From an archaeon (GTDB taxonomy: Archaea > EX4484-52 > WAPT01), in the NCBI GenBank assembly GCA_029258795.1, contig JAPDKB010000009.1, positions 22,564-86,563 on the forward strand: a stretch of 64,000 nt of DNA, written 5' to 3'. Shown here piece after piece: positions 13,077 through 22,062 of the stretch. Positions within the stretch are counted from its first letter, which is position 1. Every line of letters begins with the position of its first letter. A model generated the notes under the pieces. The model did not search any database, had not been told where the DNA came from, and worked only from the letters and a program-made list of their open reading frames with translations. The translations under genes and the position numbers were made by a program.

Positions 13077-13493
13077 TCACCACCTTGCACCCAACCATCT
13101 TGCAATGTCCTCAATTCTCACGAACTTCCTATCTCTGAGCTTGTCTGCGGTCCATTCGAGCTTGATCTTCTCAGCATCCTTATACTCGTCAGGTACGCCG
13201 ATAAAGACCTTCACCCTTTTATATGCCTCTTTGCCGCGTGTTGTTTTGTATGGAAGCATCCCGCGTATTGCTCTTCTCACAATCCTATCGGGCATTCTGG
13301 GGAAAAACGGACCCTTGTATCTGTCTCCCACATCCCTTCTGGTTTTGTACTTATCTTTTATGTTCTCTTCATTCCCGCTTATTATGGCTTTTTCAGCATT
13401 AACTATAACGATTGTCTCTCCCTCCAGAGCTTTCTTCGCCACAAATGATGCCATCCTTCCCAAAATGGTGTCTGTAGCGTCTATAACCATCAT
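13077..13493 (-). CDS. rpl13: 50S ribosomal protein L13 (uL13)
   Basis: MMVIDATDTILGRMASFVAKKALEGETIVIVNAEKAIISG. Confidence 0.85.
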   Translation of the reverse strand: MMVIDATDTILGRMASFVAKKALEGETIVIVNAEKAIISGNEENIKDKYKTRRDVGDRYKGPFFPRMPDRIVRRAIRGMLPYKTTRGKEAYKRVKVFIGVPDEYKDAEKIKLEWTADKLRDRKFVRIEDIARWLGARW

Positions 13494-13500
13494 TTTTCAT

Positions 13501-13869
13501 TCACCCTTTCATCAACCTTACTCCGCTTCCATTAGGGTTCTGTTCCAACAGGTCTCTTATAGGGAGCCACTTTCCTCCCGCTTCCTCAACTTTTTTTATG
13601 GCCGAAGGTGAAGCATCAAGTGATGCAACCACAAGTTTTTTGGTGAGATTCCCACCACCAAGCAGCTTGCCTGCCACAACAACAATCTCTCCTTCATTGC
13701 AGTACCTTTCCAGCTTTCCAACGTTTACGGGCTTCTTAATCCTTCTTGGCCTCTCAAGCTCATCTGCAAGCGCTCTCCACACCGGAGCTTTATTCTTCAC
13801 GCTTGCTTTCCTCAATACCCTTATCAGCTCCCTCAACACAGGGTTGGTAGGGCCGGTCGGTTTCATCAT
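13501..13869 (-). CDS. rpl18e: 50S ribosomal protein L18e
   Basis: PTNPVLRELIRVLRKAS...APVWRALADELERPRR...VVVAGKLLG. The start was moved to Met19 to avoid overlapping tRNA-Leu. Confidence 0.8.
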   Translation of the reverse strand: MMKPTGPTNPVLRELIRVLRKASVKNKAPVWRALADELERPRRIKKPVNVGKLERYCNEGEIVVVAGKLLGGGNLTKKLVVASLDASPSAIKKVEEAGGKWLPIRDLLEQNPNGSGVRLMKG

Positions 13870-13887
13870 GCCACCTCCATAGCTGTA

Positions 13888-14007
13888 TGGTGCAGGGGGT
13901 GGGATTTCCACGCTTCCGTGCAATTATCGGAAGCGGTTCGAACCCACGACGGGCCTGCGCCCACCGGATCTTAAGTCCGGCGCCTTTGACCTCTCGGCCA
14001 CCCCTGC
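13888..14007 (-). tRNA. tRNA-Leu(UAA) with a ~33 nt intron in the T-loop; CCA encoded
   Basis: GCAGGGG-TG-GCC-G-AGAGGTCAAA-GGC-G-CCGGA-CTTAAGA-TCCGG-[long variable arm]-GTGGG-TTCGAA[CCGCTTCCG...CGGAAGCGTGGAAA]T-CCCAC-CCCCTGC-A-CCA. Confidence 0.7.
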
Positions 14008-14048
14008 ACAGCCCAGCAATCTTCACTTTTTGTGTATGATTTTTAAAT

Positions 14049-14858
14049 TCATTTAAGCTGAGCTTTAACCTTCTCCTCAAACTCGTTTATTCTTTCAATC
14101 ACACCTTGCACAGCATTCATCACTATCTGTGCAGGGGTCAGGCCGGAAACGCTTTCAACGTTGAATATGATGTGTGAAGAGTCTCCACGCACCTTTATCT
14201 TGCCTTCCGATCTCTCCTCACACAGTCCGCAGAGATCACAGAGATAAGGATCTTTCAACACAGCTTTTCCGTCCTTGATTTCCAGAGCTCCTCTCGGGCA
14301 GAGCTTTTTAGCATCCACCTTTCCATCGAGCTTTTCGCTCTCCACAACAGGGAAGTACTGATAACCAACGACAGCGCTCTGCCATCTCGCATGTCTCGTT
14401 GCCTTGTCGAGTATTGCAACGGCTTCCAGCTCAATCTCCTGTCCTTCAAGCAGCTTGACTATTATCTCATCTCCATAGACGGGAGCAACATCCGGATTGT
14501 TCGACACAAGGTCTTTAGCATAGACCACACAGGGCCCCTTTTTCTTGAGCAGGAGCTTTGCGGTACATTTCATACAACCTTCTTCCTTGTTGCAATCACA
14601 CTTCTCTCTCGGCACGTAGCGAAGCGGATCGAATTTTAGAGGGATAAGTCCTATTCTGTGTGCAAGAAGCTCGTTGTAAAGAGCGGAAGTGTTCTTGATA
14701 ATGTCCACAAACTCCACTGCCATCACATAAACCTCGCTGTACATGGCTCTCCTTATAGCGTTCGCTATTGCAGGATTTATTCCCTTAACCTCAAACCTGA
14801 TCTTCTCACCATCATCCTCAAGAATTTTAACATCAAATCCGCTCTTGGCTTTTACCAT
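14049..14858 (-). CDS. rpoD: DNA-directed RNA polymerase subunit D (Rpo3) with an Fe-S domain
   Basis: 269 aa; Cys clusters CDCNKEEGCMKC and CDLCGLCEE; sits in the conserved S11-RpoD-L18e position. Confidence 0.85.
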   Translation of the reverse strand: MVKAKSGFDVKILEDDGEKIRFEVKGINPAIANAIRRAMYSEVYVMAVEFVDIIKNTSALYNELLAHRIGLIPLKFDPLRYVPREKCDCNKEEGCMKCTAKLLLKKKGPCVVYAKDLVSNNPDVAPVYGDEIIVKLLEGQEIELEAVAILDKATRHARWQSAVVGYQYFPVVESEKLDGKVDAKKLCPRGALEIKDGKAVLKDPYLCDLCGLCEERSEGKIKVRGDSSHIIFNVESVSGLTPAQIVMNAVQGVIERINEFEEKVKAQLK

Positions 14859-14863
14859 TCACA

Positions 14864-15277
14864 TCACACTCTCCTTCCTCTTCTTCCGCCGGGCTTTCTG
14901 GTTCTGTCGTGCGGAATGGGAGTCACATCCTCAATCTTACCGATCTTCAATCCTGCCTGAATAAGGGCTCTTATTGCTGGCTGAGCTCCCGGACCGGGTA
15001 TTTTGGAGAGATGGCCTCCCGGAGCCCTGACGCGCACGTGCACAGCAGTTATTCCCTTTTCAAGCGCTTCTTCAGCAGCCCTCTTGGCAGCGAGCATGGC
15101 CTGGTATGGTGCACCCTTCAACCTGCCCTTATCGGTAACAAATCCACCCGAAACACGGGAAATCGTGTATGCTCCAGTAATGTCGGTTATGTGAACTATG
15201 GTGTTGTTAAAGCTGCTGTAGATGTGAGCTATTCCCCACCTTTCCTGCTTTTCTTTTGTTGTCTTAGCTTTAGCCAT
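14864..15277 (-). CDS. rps11: 30S ribosomal protein S11 (uS11)
   Basis: [21 protein letters not shown]...APYQAMLAA. Confidence 0.9.
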   Translation of the reverse strand: MAKAKTTKEKQERWGIAHIYSSFNNTIVHITDITGAYTISRVSGGFVTDKGRLKGAPYQAMLAAKRAAEEALEKGITAVHVRVRAPGGHLSKIPGPGAQPAIRALIQAGLKIGKIEDVTPIPHDRTRKPGGRRGRRV

Positions 15278-15297
15278 CCACCATCACCACTTTTTCA

Positions 15298-15849
15298 TCA
15301 GCTGCCTTCTCCACCGGCTTGTTCACCACCGCTTTTCTGCTCCGCAAAAAGACCGAAACCCTTCTCATACATCTCCTTAACAGAGGAATTCGGATGGAAA
15401 TCTATCGAGTTTTCCTTATCTATGTTCACGATGTATCCCGGAGAGACAACACGCTGTCCATCCACAACTATGTGTCCATGAACTATGAACTGCCTTGCCT
15501 GCTTTATGGTTCTGGCAAGACCCTTTCTGTAAACAAGTGTCTGCAACCTTCTTTCAAGCAGGTCCTTGACGGTTATATCCAGAATGTCGTCAAGTGTTGC
15601 ATCCTCTTTTACAAGACCCATCTCATAAGCTTTCCTTATAAGAATCTTCTCTGCTTCCTCGTCAGGATTTGCGATGAGCTGCCTTGCTCTCCTTCTGAGC
15701 TTTCTCACTAGCTCTTCGGCTCTCCTTATCTCCTTCTTCCTTCTGAGCCCGTATATCCTCATCAACTTCCTTTCTTCTCTAATCCTTTCAGCATCCCATC
15801 TTTTGCGCGGGGATTTCCACTTTCTCTTCAGCTTGCGCGGATCACCCAT
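15298..15849 (-). CDS. rps4: 30S ribosomal protein S4 (uS4)
   Basis: [19 protein letters not shown]...[13 protein letters not shown]. Confidence 0.9.
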   Translation of the reverse strand: MGDPRKLKRKWKSPRKRWDAERIREERKLMRIYGLRRKKEIRRAEELVRKLRRRARQLIANPDEEAEKILIRKAYEMGLVKEDATLDDILDITVKDLLERRLQTLVYRKGLARTIKQARQFIVHGHIVVDGQRVVSPGYIVNIDKENSIDFHPNSSVKEMYEKGFGLFAEQKSGGEQAGGEGS

Positions 15850-15863
15850 ATATCAACACCACA

Positions 15864-16328
15864 TCACTTCTTCTTTCTCTGCACACCAACAGTCATACCC
15901 TTCCTGAATCCGGTTCTCGTGCGCTGCCCTCTTACAGGCAGACCCATCTGGTGTCTCACTCCTCTGTAGCACTTAATTCTCATGAGTCGTGTTATGTCTT
16001 CCTTAACCCTCAGGTCGAGGTCAACTCCAACCAGATGCTCGTCCTTTCCTGTCTCTCTATCCTTCCTCCTGTTGAGCATCCATACGGGCATGCCATACTT
16101 GAGAGGGTCTTTAAGAGCATCCTCGATCTTCTTTATTTCCTCCTCGCTAAGCTCCTTCAGTTTCTTCTTCTCATCTATACCCAGAAGCCTGACCAACGCT
16201 CTTGCGAAATTGTAGCCAACACCCTTTATTCCCTGCAGAGCCATGTAAACATACCTATTTCCATCCAGATCCGTACCAGCAATACGTACGACCTCTTCAG
16301 CTCTTATTTCCTTTGCAGCCATCTTCAC
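15864..16328 (-). CDS. rps13: 30S ribosomal protein S13 (uS13)
   Basis: IRIAGTDLDGNRYVYMALQGIKGVG...RGQRTRT. Confidence 0.9.
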   Translation of the reverse strand: MKMAAKEIRAEEVVRIAGTDLDGNRYVYMALQGIKGVGYNFARALVRLLGIDEKKKLKELSEEEIKKIEDALKDPLKYGMPVWMLNRRKDRETGKDEHLVGVDLDLRVKEDITRLMRIKCYRGVRHQMGLPVRGQRTRTGFRKGMTVGVQRKKK

Positions 16329-16561
16329 ACCTCGCGAAACCCAACGAGTTCTTCCCGCCAGAAACGACCCGGATTTATGCCCCCGCAGCTTTTTCCCGGA
16401 GGCAACCGGGCCACGAAAATAACTTCCTCAATTTTAATTCAAAAACGTGACAATTTATACTCACATAAAATTTAAAAAGGTTTTCAAATGTTCAAGCTGA
16501 AATTCCGGACAGAGGATGTTTTTCTTTATTAATGCCTTATTAATGATAAAAGTTTAAAAAT

Positions 16562-17167
16562 ATGCCAATACAAATGTGCCGCATGAAACTTGCGCCTAAA
16601 AATTTTGATGATGTTGAAATTGTCAAGGAATGCTTGATCACGAGTTATAATCTTCACCATACCATCGAGATTGAGGGGAAAGCAGTAGGGGTTGCCGATT
16701 ATTGGCCCAATATCAGAGAAAACATAGAGAGATTTTCCAAGTTTCTTTTTGAAACGGATAGGGGCGAGGGAACTATAATTTCGTGTAGCGAGTTGTATGA
16801 TGGTGTGCGTGAGATAGTTATGCTCACAGAAATCAGGGAGATAACGGGTTTGACACCAAACTCAACCATTTATTTCGGAGGAAAAGCGGAGTTCCACCCA
16901 ACGTTGGAGAAAATTTCTGCATCCTATAATCCTTACCCTCCCACCGTGCCAAGATACTCGTGGTGCGTGCTGGAATACATAATCCCTCCGGCAGATTCAA
17001 CCTTCATCCTTACATCATCGAAAAAATTGGACGAAATTTCGGAGAAAGAGTTGGAAGGGTTTGAGCGACAGCTGGAAATAAAGGATGAATTGTTGAAAAA
17101 ACTCCAGGAAACATACATAAAAAAGAAGGAGCGCGTTAACTTTGAAATCAACAAACTTTATGTATAG
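16562..17167 (+). CDS. Hypothetical protein, 201 aa
   Basis: ORF only, with a coiled-coil-like C-terminus. Confidence 0.45.
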   Translation: MPIQMCRMKLAPKNFDDVEIVKECLITSYNLHHTIEIEGKAVGVADYWPNIRENIERFSKFLFETDRGEGTIISCSELYDGVREIVMLTEIREITGLTPNSTIYFGGKAEFHPTLEKISASYNPYPPTVPRYSWCVLEYIIPPADSTFILTSSKKLDEISEKELEGFERQLEIKDELLKKLQETYIKKKERVNFEINKLYV

Positions 17168-17289
17168 ATAAAAGTTTGGCACCGCGGGCAAACCCAAGGA
17201 ACCGCCAGCAGGGCCCCTCTCCCCATACGAGGTTTGCAATTTACTCTTTAGGTTCTAGGGCTGAAGAACTTTATAAAGTTTGTTCTGAG

Positions 17290-17847
17290 TCATAAATCTC
17301 CGAATCTAAAAACTTCCAACTTCCGTTCCTTCAGATCCATTAGAAAAAACTTGAAATCATCGGATATGGTGATTTCAAAGAGGGATTTGTTTCTGCGCAT
17401 CCAATCAACAAATTTCCTATCCGTTGTAAGAAACCCATCAAGCCGGTTAGATACTGCTGTCAGCAGATGAAGAAGATCGTAGGTTTTCACGTTCTTTGTT
17501 AGCATTCCGAGAATCTTTTTATTCGCGAAAAGAAACATCACATCACTCTCAACACCAACCCTTTCAAACCTGCTGAGGAAACTGGCAAATTCCTTTCCGA
17601 ATTTTCTGAAGAAGGCTTCCGCTCTTTTCTTGGGATCTTCTATTACATCTCCGCAGAATTTCTTTATTATTTCCTTCTCCTTTTTCTTATAAAGAATCGT
17701 GAAGAAGAACTCTTCAAGCGTGAAGGGAGAGATACAGAAGGCCACATCTGCTTCCTTACCGAGCTCTTTTTCGATAATCTTCCATCCTTCTTGGGAGAAG
17801 AGAGCCATAAAGCCAGAAGTATCCAGATAAACTCTCACACCGCTCAC
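17290..17847 (-). CDS. PIN-domain protein (VapC-like putative RNase)
   Basis: VYLDTSGFMALF N-terminal Asp motif and ...LLHLLTAVSNRLDGFLTTDRKF C-terminal T-x-D motif. It overlaps the upstream ORF by 4 nt. Confidence 0.55.
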   Translation of the reverse strand: MSGVRVYLDTSGFMALFSQEGWKIIEKELGKEADVAFCISPFTLEEFFFTILYKKKEKEIIKKFCGDVIEDPKKRAEAFFRKFGKEFASFLSRFERVGVESDVMFLFANKKILGMLTKNVKTYDLLHLLTAVSNRLDGFLTTDRKFVDWMRRNKSLFEITISDDFKFFLMDLKERKLEVFRFGDL

Positions 17848-18674
17848 CGTCCTACCATGACGGGGATCCTCTCAGCATATTCCTTAAGTTCAACTACACC
17901 TCCCCTTCCGGGAGAGAACAGGTGAATGAATGTATGGAATATTCCTGTCAGCCGAGAAAGCTGCATGAGATTCATTCTCCTGTAACCACGGAAAGCAAGG
18001 TATAAAGCTATTATCGGCGCTTCGAAGATTATTATCTTTTCAGGGAACTTCTCAAATCCTTCTTCTGCCAGGGACAGATATTTCTCCTTCTTCATTTTTC
18101 TCAGTAGTTCGTAATCCATTCTTATCATTTTCGGATACTCCTCGAGAACAGAGGCGAGATAGTATGATAGCGGATATATATCATCGGTTCTTCTGATCAT
18201 TCCCTCAATTTTCTTCAGCTTTTCCTCAAAATCCCTGAACTCCCTCTCAGAAATTTCAACTGCTTTTATTGCTGTGTAATTCTTCCTCATTTTTTCCATG
18301 GTTTCCTCAGCATACTCTCTGAGCATCCCCCTATAATCGGGAGAGTTCAGAATTTCGAATATTCTGGAGAGGTGAACCTCTATCTTATTCAGAGCCATTT
18401 CAGTTTCCTTAGATCTTCTTGCAGATTTCATATACCCAAGTCTGAATATCTCTGTGGGATACTCTCCCATTTTCTCTTTTAGCAAAGGCCTGTAAGCAAG
18501 AATCGAAGCAATTGCAACTTCTTGAACTTTCATCATGAATATTGTTAGGAACAAAAGTAATATATATGTATTTGGCAAATCCAAATTCTTGCTCTCATCG
18601 AAGAAGTTTATAATGTTTGGCATTTCTCGGTGGGAGGTCGAGCTACCATCATATAACTTCTTAATACCCTTCAA
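17844..18674 (-). CDS. Hypothetical protein, 276 aa, with one N-terminal TM; translationally coupled to the PIN gene
   Basis: ORF only; one hydrophobic helix near residue 40. Confidence 0.45.
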   Translation of the reverse strand: MKGIKKLYDGSSTSHREMPNIINFFDESKNLDLPNTYILLLFLTIFMMKVQEVAIASILAYRPLLKEKMGEYPTEIFRLGYMKSARRSKETEMALNKIEVHLSRIFEILNSPDYRGMLREYAEETMEKMRKNYTAIKAVEISEREFRDFEEKLKKIEGMIRRTDDIYPLSYYLASVLEEYPKMIRMDYELLRKMKKEKYLSLAEEGFEKFPEKIIIFEAPIIALYLAFRGYRRMNLMQLSRLTGIFHTFIHLFSPGRGGVVELKEYAERIPVMVGR

Positions 18675-18741
18675 TTTATCCTGAGTACGGTGTGTTCATA
18701 CCACCAAATCCAAAAACCTTTCCAAATAAATTATTATATTG

Positions 18742-18930
18742 TTAGAACTCTCTATCATGAAAAAAGCGTTCTTTTGAGCAAGGAAGAAATTTTATCTCCA
18801 GAATTTCTCCTATGAGCTGTTTGTTTCTTTCAGAAATGTTCGAACCCCTCAGAAGCTTGAGAGCATGTTCGTATCTTCTCCCGTATCCGTGAATGTCCTC
18901 GTTCATACATAATGGAGTTTCCCTGGTCAT
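18742..18930 (-). CDS. Possible small protein (~62 aa)
   Basis: Downstream part of track ORF 18742-19047. The upstream part overlaps tRNA-Ser, so only the Met40-onward portion is plausible. Confidence 0.2.
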   Translation of the reverse strand: MTRETPLCMNEDIHGYGRRYEHALKLLRGSNISERNKQLIGEILEIKFLPCSKERFFHDREF

Positions 18931-18949
18931 AGATTGGGGGAGGCTCCGC

Positions 18950-19080
18950 TGGTTGCAATTGGCGCCGCGGGCAGGATTTTCAGATGCGGGAAAATCAAAG
19001 TCCCACAACCTTCGAACCTGCGCGCCCTTACGGGCACCGGCTCTCAAGGCCGGCGCACTACCAGGCTATGCGACCGCGGC
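18950..19080 (-). tRNA. tRNA-Ser(UGA) with a ~34 nt intron in the T-loop; CCA encoded
   Basis: GCCGCGG-TC-GCAT-AGCCTGGTA-GTGC-G-CCGGC-CTTGAGA-GCCGG-[variable arm TGCCCGTAAGGGCGC]-GCAGG-TTCGAA[GGTTGTGGG...GCATCTGAAAA]T-CCTGC-CCGCGGC-G-CCA. Confidence 0.65.
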
Positions 19081-19134
19081 GCGGAAAAGACATGCTTGGC
19101 AGAGTTAAAAATAGCGCGAGAGCTTTTAAATTTT

Positions 19135-19740
19135 TTAGCCGAAGGGAGAATGCCTTAAATCCTTCTCTTTATATCCTAACCGTTTACCCACCTCGTTGGC
19201 TATAATCTCACCGCAAATGGTGGCTTTGAATTCGAAAGATGATCCCATGGACTTGTAGATTGGCGATTCTCCACTGTTGTTGTATTTATCGGAATGAGCT
19301 TTAAGCAAGAGATAAATGTCGGATAGCTCAGCCACAGGCGAATCAGGATTGCCCACTATGGAAGAGACGTAAATGTCGTGTTCTTTTGCTATGCGAATAT
19401 CTTCCACAACCTTCCTCGTTTTCCCGCTTCCTGAAACAGCCAGCATCACATCATTATCGCTCACTGGCGGATGGGTGTAAGTGTTATCCGATGTGACAAC
19501 AACTCTCTTACCCATCTGAGCTAAGCGCATACCACTATACTTACTACTTTCCAAACTTCTTCCCGTGGCGTTGAGCCAGATTGTATTTGCTTCATACATT
19601 TTATCCACAATCCTTCCAAAAACATCTGCCTGCCCTTCCAGTTCATGCTGCAGTTCATCTAGAATTTTTTTGTAAAAATTAATAGGTCCTGCTATGTCAA
19701 TTTTACAAGAAATCAGCGACTCTCTATTTAATAAGGGCAT
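19135..19740 (-). CDS. SIS-domain sugar-phosphate isomerase (6-phospho-3-hexuloisomerase-like)
   Basis: NATGRSL...VMLAVSGSGKTRKVVEDIRIAKEHDIYVSSIVGNPDSPVAE SIS motifs. Confidence 0.6.
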   Translation of the reverse strand: MPLLNRESLISCKIDIAGPINFYKKILDELQHELEGQADVFGRIVDKMYEANTIWLNATGRSLESSKYSGMRLAQMGKRVVVTSDNTYTHPPVSDNDVMLAVSGSGKTRKVVEDIRIAKEHDIYVSSIVGNPDSPVAELSDIYLLLKAHSDKYNNSGESPIYKSMGSSFEFKATICGEIIANEVGKRLGYKEKDLRHSPFG

Positions 19741-19791
19741 GATGCCCTACCACCCTCTAAAAAAAATTAGTACTCAAAATTTAAATTTCCT

Positions 19792-20007
19792 TCAAAGCTT
19801 GAGATTATGTTTAAAGTTGGCTTTTTCGGCTTTTTCCAGCTCCCATGCATCCTCAAGCAGCATATCAGGAACATCACCATCAAGCACCGGAAATGCAAGC
19901 CTGCAGTTCTCGCAAACTATGAACATGCCCTTCTCAACAACATCTCCCTTGCATTTGGGGCAAGCCAAAATTTCCAGCAGCTTTTTATCCACACCCATGT
20001 GCCGCAC
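19792..20007 (-). CDS. Trm112-like zinc-ribbon protein
   Basis: [15 protein letters not shown]...[26 protein letters not shown]. Confidence 0.65.
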   Translation of the reverse strand: MRHMGVDKKLLEILACPKCKGDVVEKGMFIVCENCRLAFPVLDGDVPDMLLEDAWELEKAEKANFKHNLKL

Positions 20008-20034
20008 CTCAAACTTTCATTCTTTCAAGGATTT

Positions 20035-20997
20035 TTATTTCTTTTTCTTCCAGAGCTTCGGATAAACGCCCTTTTCCATGACCACTCTGTTTATCGTGCA
20101 TGCAACACCGCTCCTTCTTCCAGCCATCTCTTCAGCATTCATTTCTGCCCTGCCCAAGGCAACGAGCTCGCCCTTCAAGCTCAGGATTGCCACAACGTCA
20201 CCTTTCTTTACACTCTTTTCCACCTTGGAAATCCCGCCCACATGAAGCTGCGCACCATAACAAATTGCTGAGATAGCACTGTCTTTCACCAAAACCTTCT
20301 TCACATCTTTGAGCAGGTATTCCACAGGCAGCACAACCTCCCTGAGCTTCGCATCTTTCCCTTCCTCTTTCCATATTGCATAAGCGTCAACAACATCTTG
20401 AAGGTAGCATGCTTTATCCTCAGTTATGCTGCCCACAGCGGTCCTCCTCAGCTCCTGAAGATGGGCATTCACACCCATGGCTCTACCCATATCCACACAC
20501 AGCTTTCTTATGTAGGTGCCTGCTTCACATCTAACGCGGAAGAGCACATATCTCCCCTCAATCTCCAACACCTCGATGGAATAAATCTTCCTTTTTCTCG
20601 GCTTTCTCGCAACAGCACTCCTCAAGGGTGGAACCTGCGTTATCGTGCCCTCAAAATTCTTCATCACTTCCCTTATCCTGCTTTCCTCAACATCCCCATG
20701 CAACTTCATTAACGCAACATATTCCTTATCGCTTCTCGCAAGAAGCTGGGTAAGCTTGGTGGCGTGGTTCAATAGGATGACAAGCACACCGGTGGCATTC
20801 GGGTCAAGCGTTCCGGTCTGACCCGCTTTCCTCACTTCCAGAATATCTTTAAGCCATGCCACCACCTGGTGACTTGTTGGGCCGCGCGGCTTATCAACGA
20901 TAACAGCGCCATACTTCAAAAGCTCTTCCACGGGTCTTTCGTGAGGATAATACCCATGTTCTGGAGAAGTTTCTGCCTCCTCTCTCACAATCCACAT
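20035..20997 (-). CDS. cbf5: tRNA/rRNA pseudouridine synthase Cbf5 (TruB + PUA)
   Basis: 320 aa, TruB catalytic core and a C-terminal PUA, in the conserved L14e-Cbf5 neighbourhood. Confidence 0.85.
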   Translation of the reverse strand: MWIVREEAETSPEHGYYPHERPVEELLKYGAVIVDKPRGPTSHQVVAWLKDILEVRKAGQTGTLDPNATGVLVILLNHATKLTQLLARSDKEYVALMKLHGDVEESRIREVMKNFEGTITQVPPLRSAVARKPRKRKIYSIEVLEIEGRYVLFRVRCEAGTYIRKLCVDMGRAMGVNAHLQELRRTAVGSITEDKACYLQDVVDAYAIWKEEGKDAKLREVVLPVEYLLKDVKKVLVKDSAISAICYGAQLHVGGISKVEKSVKKGDVVAILSLKGELVALGRAEMNAEEMAGRRSGVACTINRVVMEKGVYPKLWKKKK

Positions 20998-21033
20998 GGA
21001 AGAAAAAGTATGGGGGAGCTTTTAATAATCTTT

Positions 21034-21318
21034 TTACAGCTGAATTCCTACCCTCTTGCTCATAACCTCTTCAAGCTTGGCTTCCTTAATCGCATTGAGA
21101 ACTTCCTCATCGCTGGCATTCTTCTTTATCTTCACCTTGTGAGGTGTTGGCTCCAGGTGCTTAATGTTGCATTTTTTCCTCCTTGCTCCTGTCAAAGATT
21201 TTGGCCCGGTGACCATCACGAAATTGTCATCCAGCACATCTATCACAACACAAAAGCATCCTGCATCTCTTCCAGCATTTTTCACGCAGACCCTACCAAC
21301 TTCAAGCATCACGCTCAC
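21034..21318 (-). CDS. rpl14e: 50S ribosomal protein L14e
   Basis: LEVGRVCVKNAGRDAGCFCVVIDVLDDNFVMVTGP KOW-like. Confidence 0.8.
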   Translation of the reverse strand: MSVMLEVGRVCVKNAGRDAGCFCVVIDVLDDNFVMVTGPKSLTGARRKKCNIKHLEPTPHKVKIKKNASDEEVLNAIKEAKLEEVMSKRVGIQL

Positions 21319-21328
21319 CCCTTTACCA

Positions 21329-21595
21329 TCACTGCTTCATTTTCACCACAGCTTCTGCTATCTTTTTCCTCAAACATGAAGGGCAGAGCACACCACCATA
21401 CATCCTTTCAGGCCTTTTCTTTGTCTTCGCCATACTTTTAAGCTTGTAAGCTTTAACTCTGGGAACTCCAGCCAGTGGGGTTCCACACACTCCACACTTT
21501 GCAAAGTTGACTTTCTTCTCAACTTTATGGATAACAAGTTTGCCTCCCGGCGTTCTGACGCGCTTCCACTTCTTACCTCGCAACGATGGTCTCAT
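21329..21595 (-). CDS. rpl34e: 50S ribosomal protein L34e
   Basis: MRPSLRGKKWKRVRTPGGKLVIHKVEKK...CGVCG..C. Confidence 0.8.
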   Translation of the reverse strand: MRPSLRGKKWKRVRTPGGKLVIHKVEKKVNFAKCGVCGTPLAGVPRVKAYKLKSMAKTKKRPERMYGGVLCPSCLRKKIAEAVVKMKQ

Positions 21596-21605
21596 ACTCG
21601 TCACC

Positions 21606-22061
21606 TCAATCAACACGAAGCAGCTTCCTGAAAAAGATGGAAGCCGGAATGGAAATTATTATGTACAGGCCTATTATGCCAACGGTATCGCCAACAAAAG
21701 GCAATGGGAAGGGCAGCTTGAAAGTTGCGCCGTTGTAAAGCTTTTTGAGCAGCGGGAACATGATAAGGATTATGAGCATGGTGTAGATGAGCTGCTTCTG
21801 GGTTAGGGTCATCTGCTCCTTCAGCAGGTGCATATTCTTTTCCCATAAATCTTTTAATTCTTTCTCATCCCCTCGCTTTCTCGCATCGTCCATCCTTTTC
21901 TTGTATTCCTTCGCTTTTCTCCTGAGATGCTTGGCTTTCTCCACATCTATGGTGATGAGGTAAACCAGCGGGAAAAGGAATGCCATGAGGATTGAAAAAA
22001 GGGTCACACCTATCAGCGGATCAAGATTTGCGAGCATTTCAACAACCATGACTCCCACCAT
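21606..22061 (-). CDS. DUF106 membrane protein (archaeal Oxa1/YidC/EMC3-like insertase homologue)
   Basis: 151 aa: TM, then a basic coiled-coil, then TM, as in MJ0480-type proteins; sits directly downstream of secY. Confidence 0.65.
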   Translation of the reverse strand: MVGVMVVEMLANLDPLIGVTLFSILMAFLFPLVYLITIDVEKAKHLRRKAKEYKKRMDDARKRGDEKELKDLWEKNMHLLKEQMTLTQKQLIYTMLIILIMFPLLKKLYNGATFKLPFPLPFVGDTVGIIGLYIIISIPASIFFRKLLRVD

Positions 22062-22062
22062 A

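Noticed and set aside
13870-13923. N-terminal 18 codons of track ORF 13501-13923 (L18e)
   Set aside because: They would overlap tRNA-Leu(UAA). The conserved L18e N-terminus begins at the internal Met.
16329-16561. 233 nt intergenic region upstream of the S13 operon and the orphan ORF, examined for small RNAs or tRNA
   Set aside because: There is no cloverleaf and no C/D or H/ACA box arrangement. It likely holds divergent promoters (A/T-rich TTTATA/TTTAAA elements) only.
17168-17289. GC-rich patch (ggcaccgcgggcaaacccaaggaaccgccagcagggcccc) considered as an ncRNA
   Set aside because: It is too short, no conserved structure or motif is recognisable, and I could not support a call.
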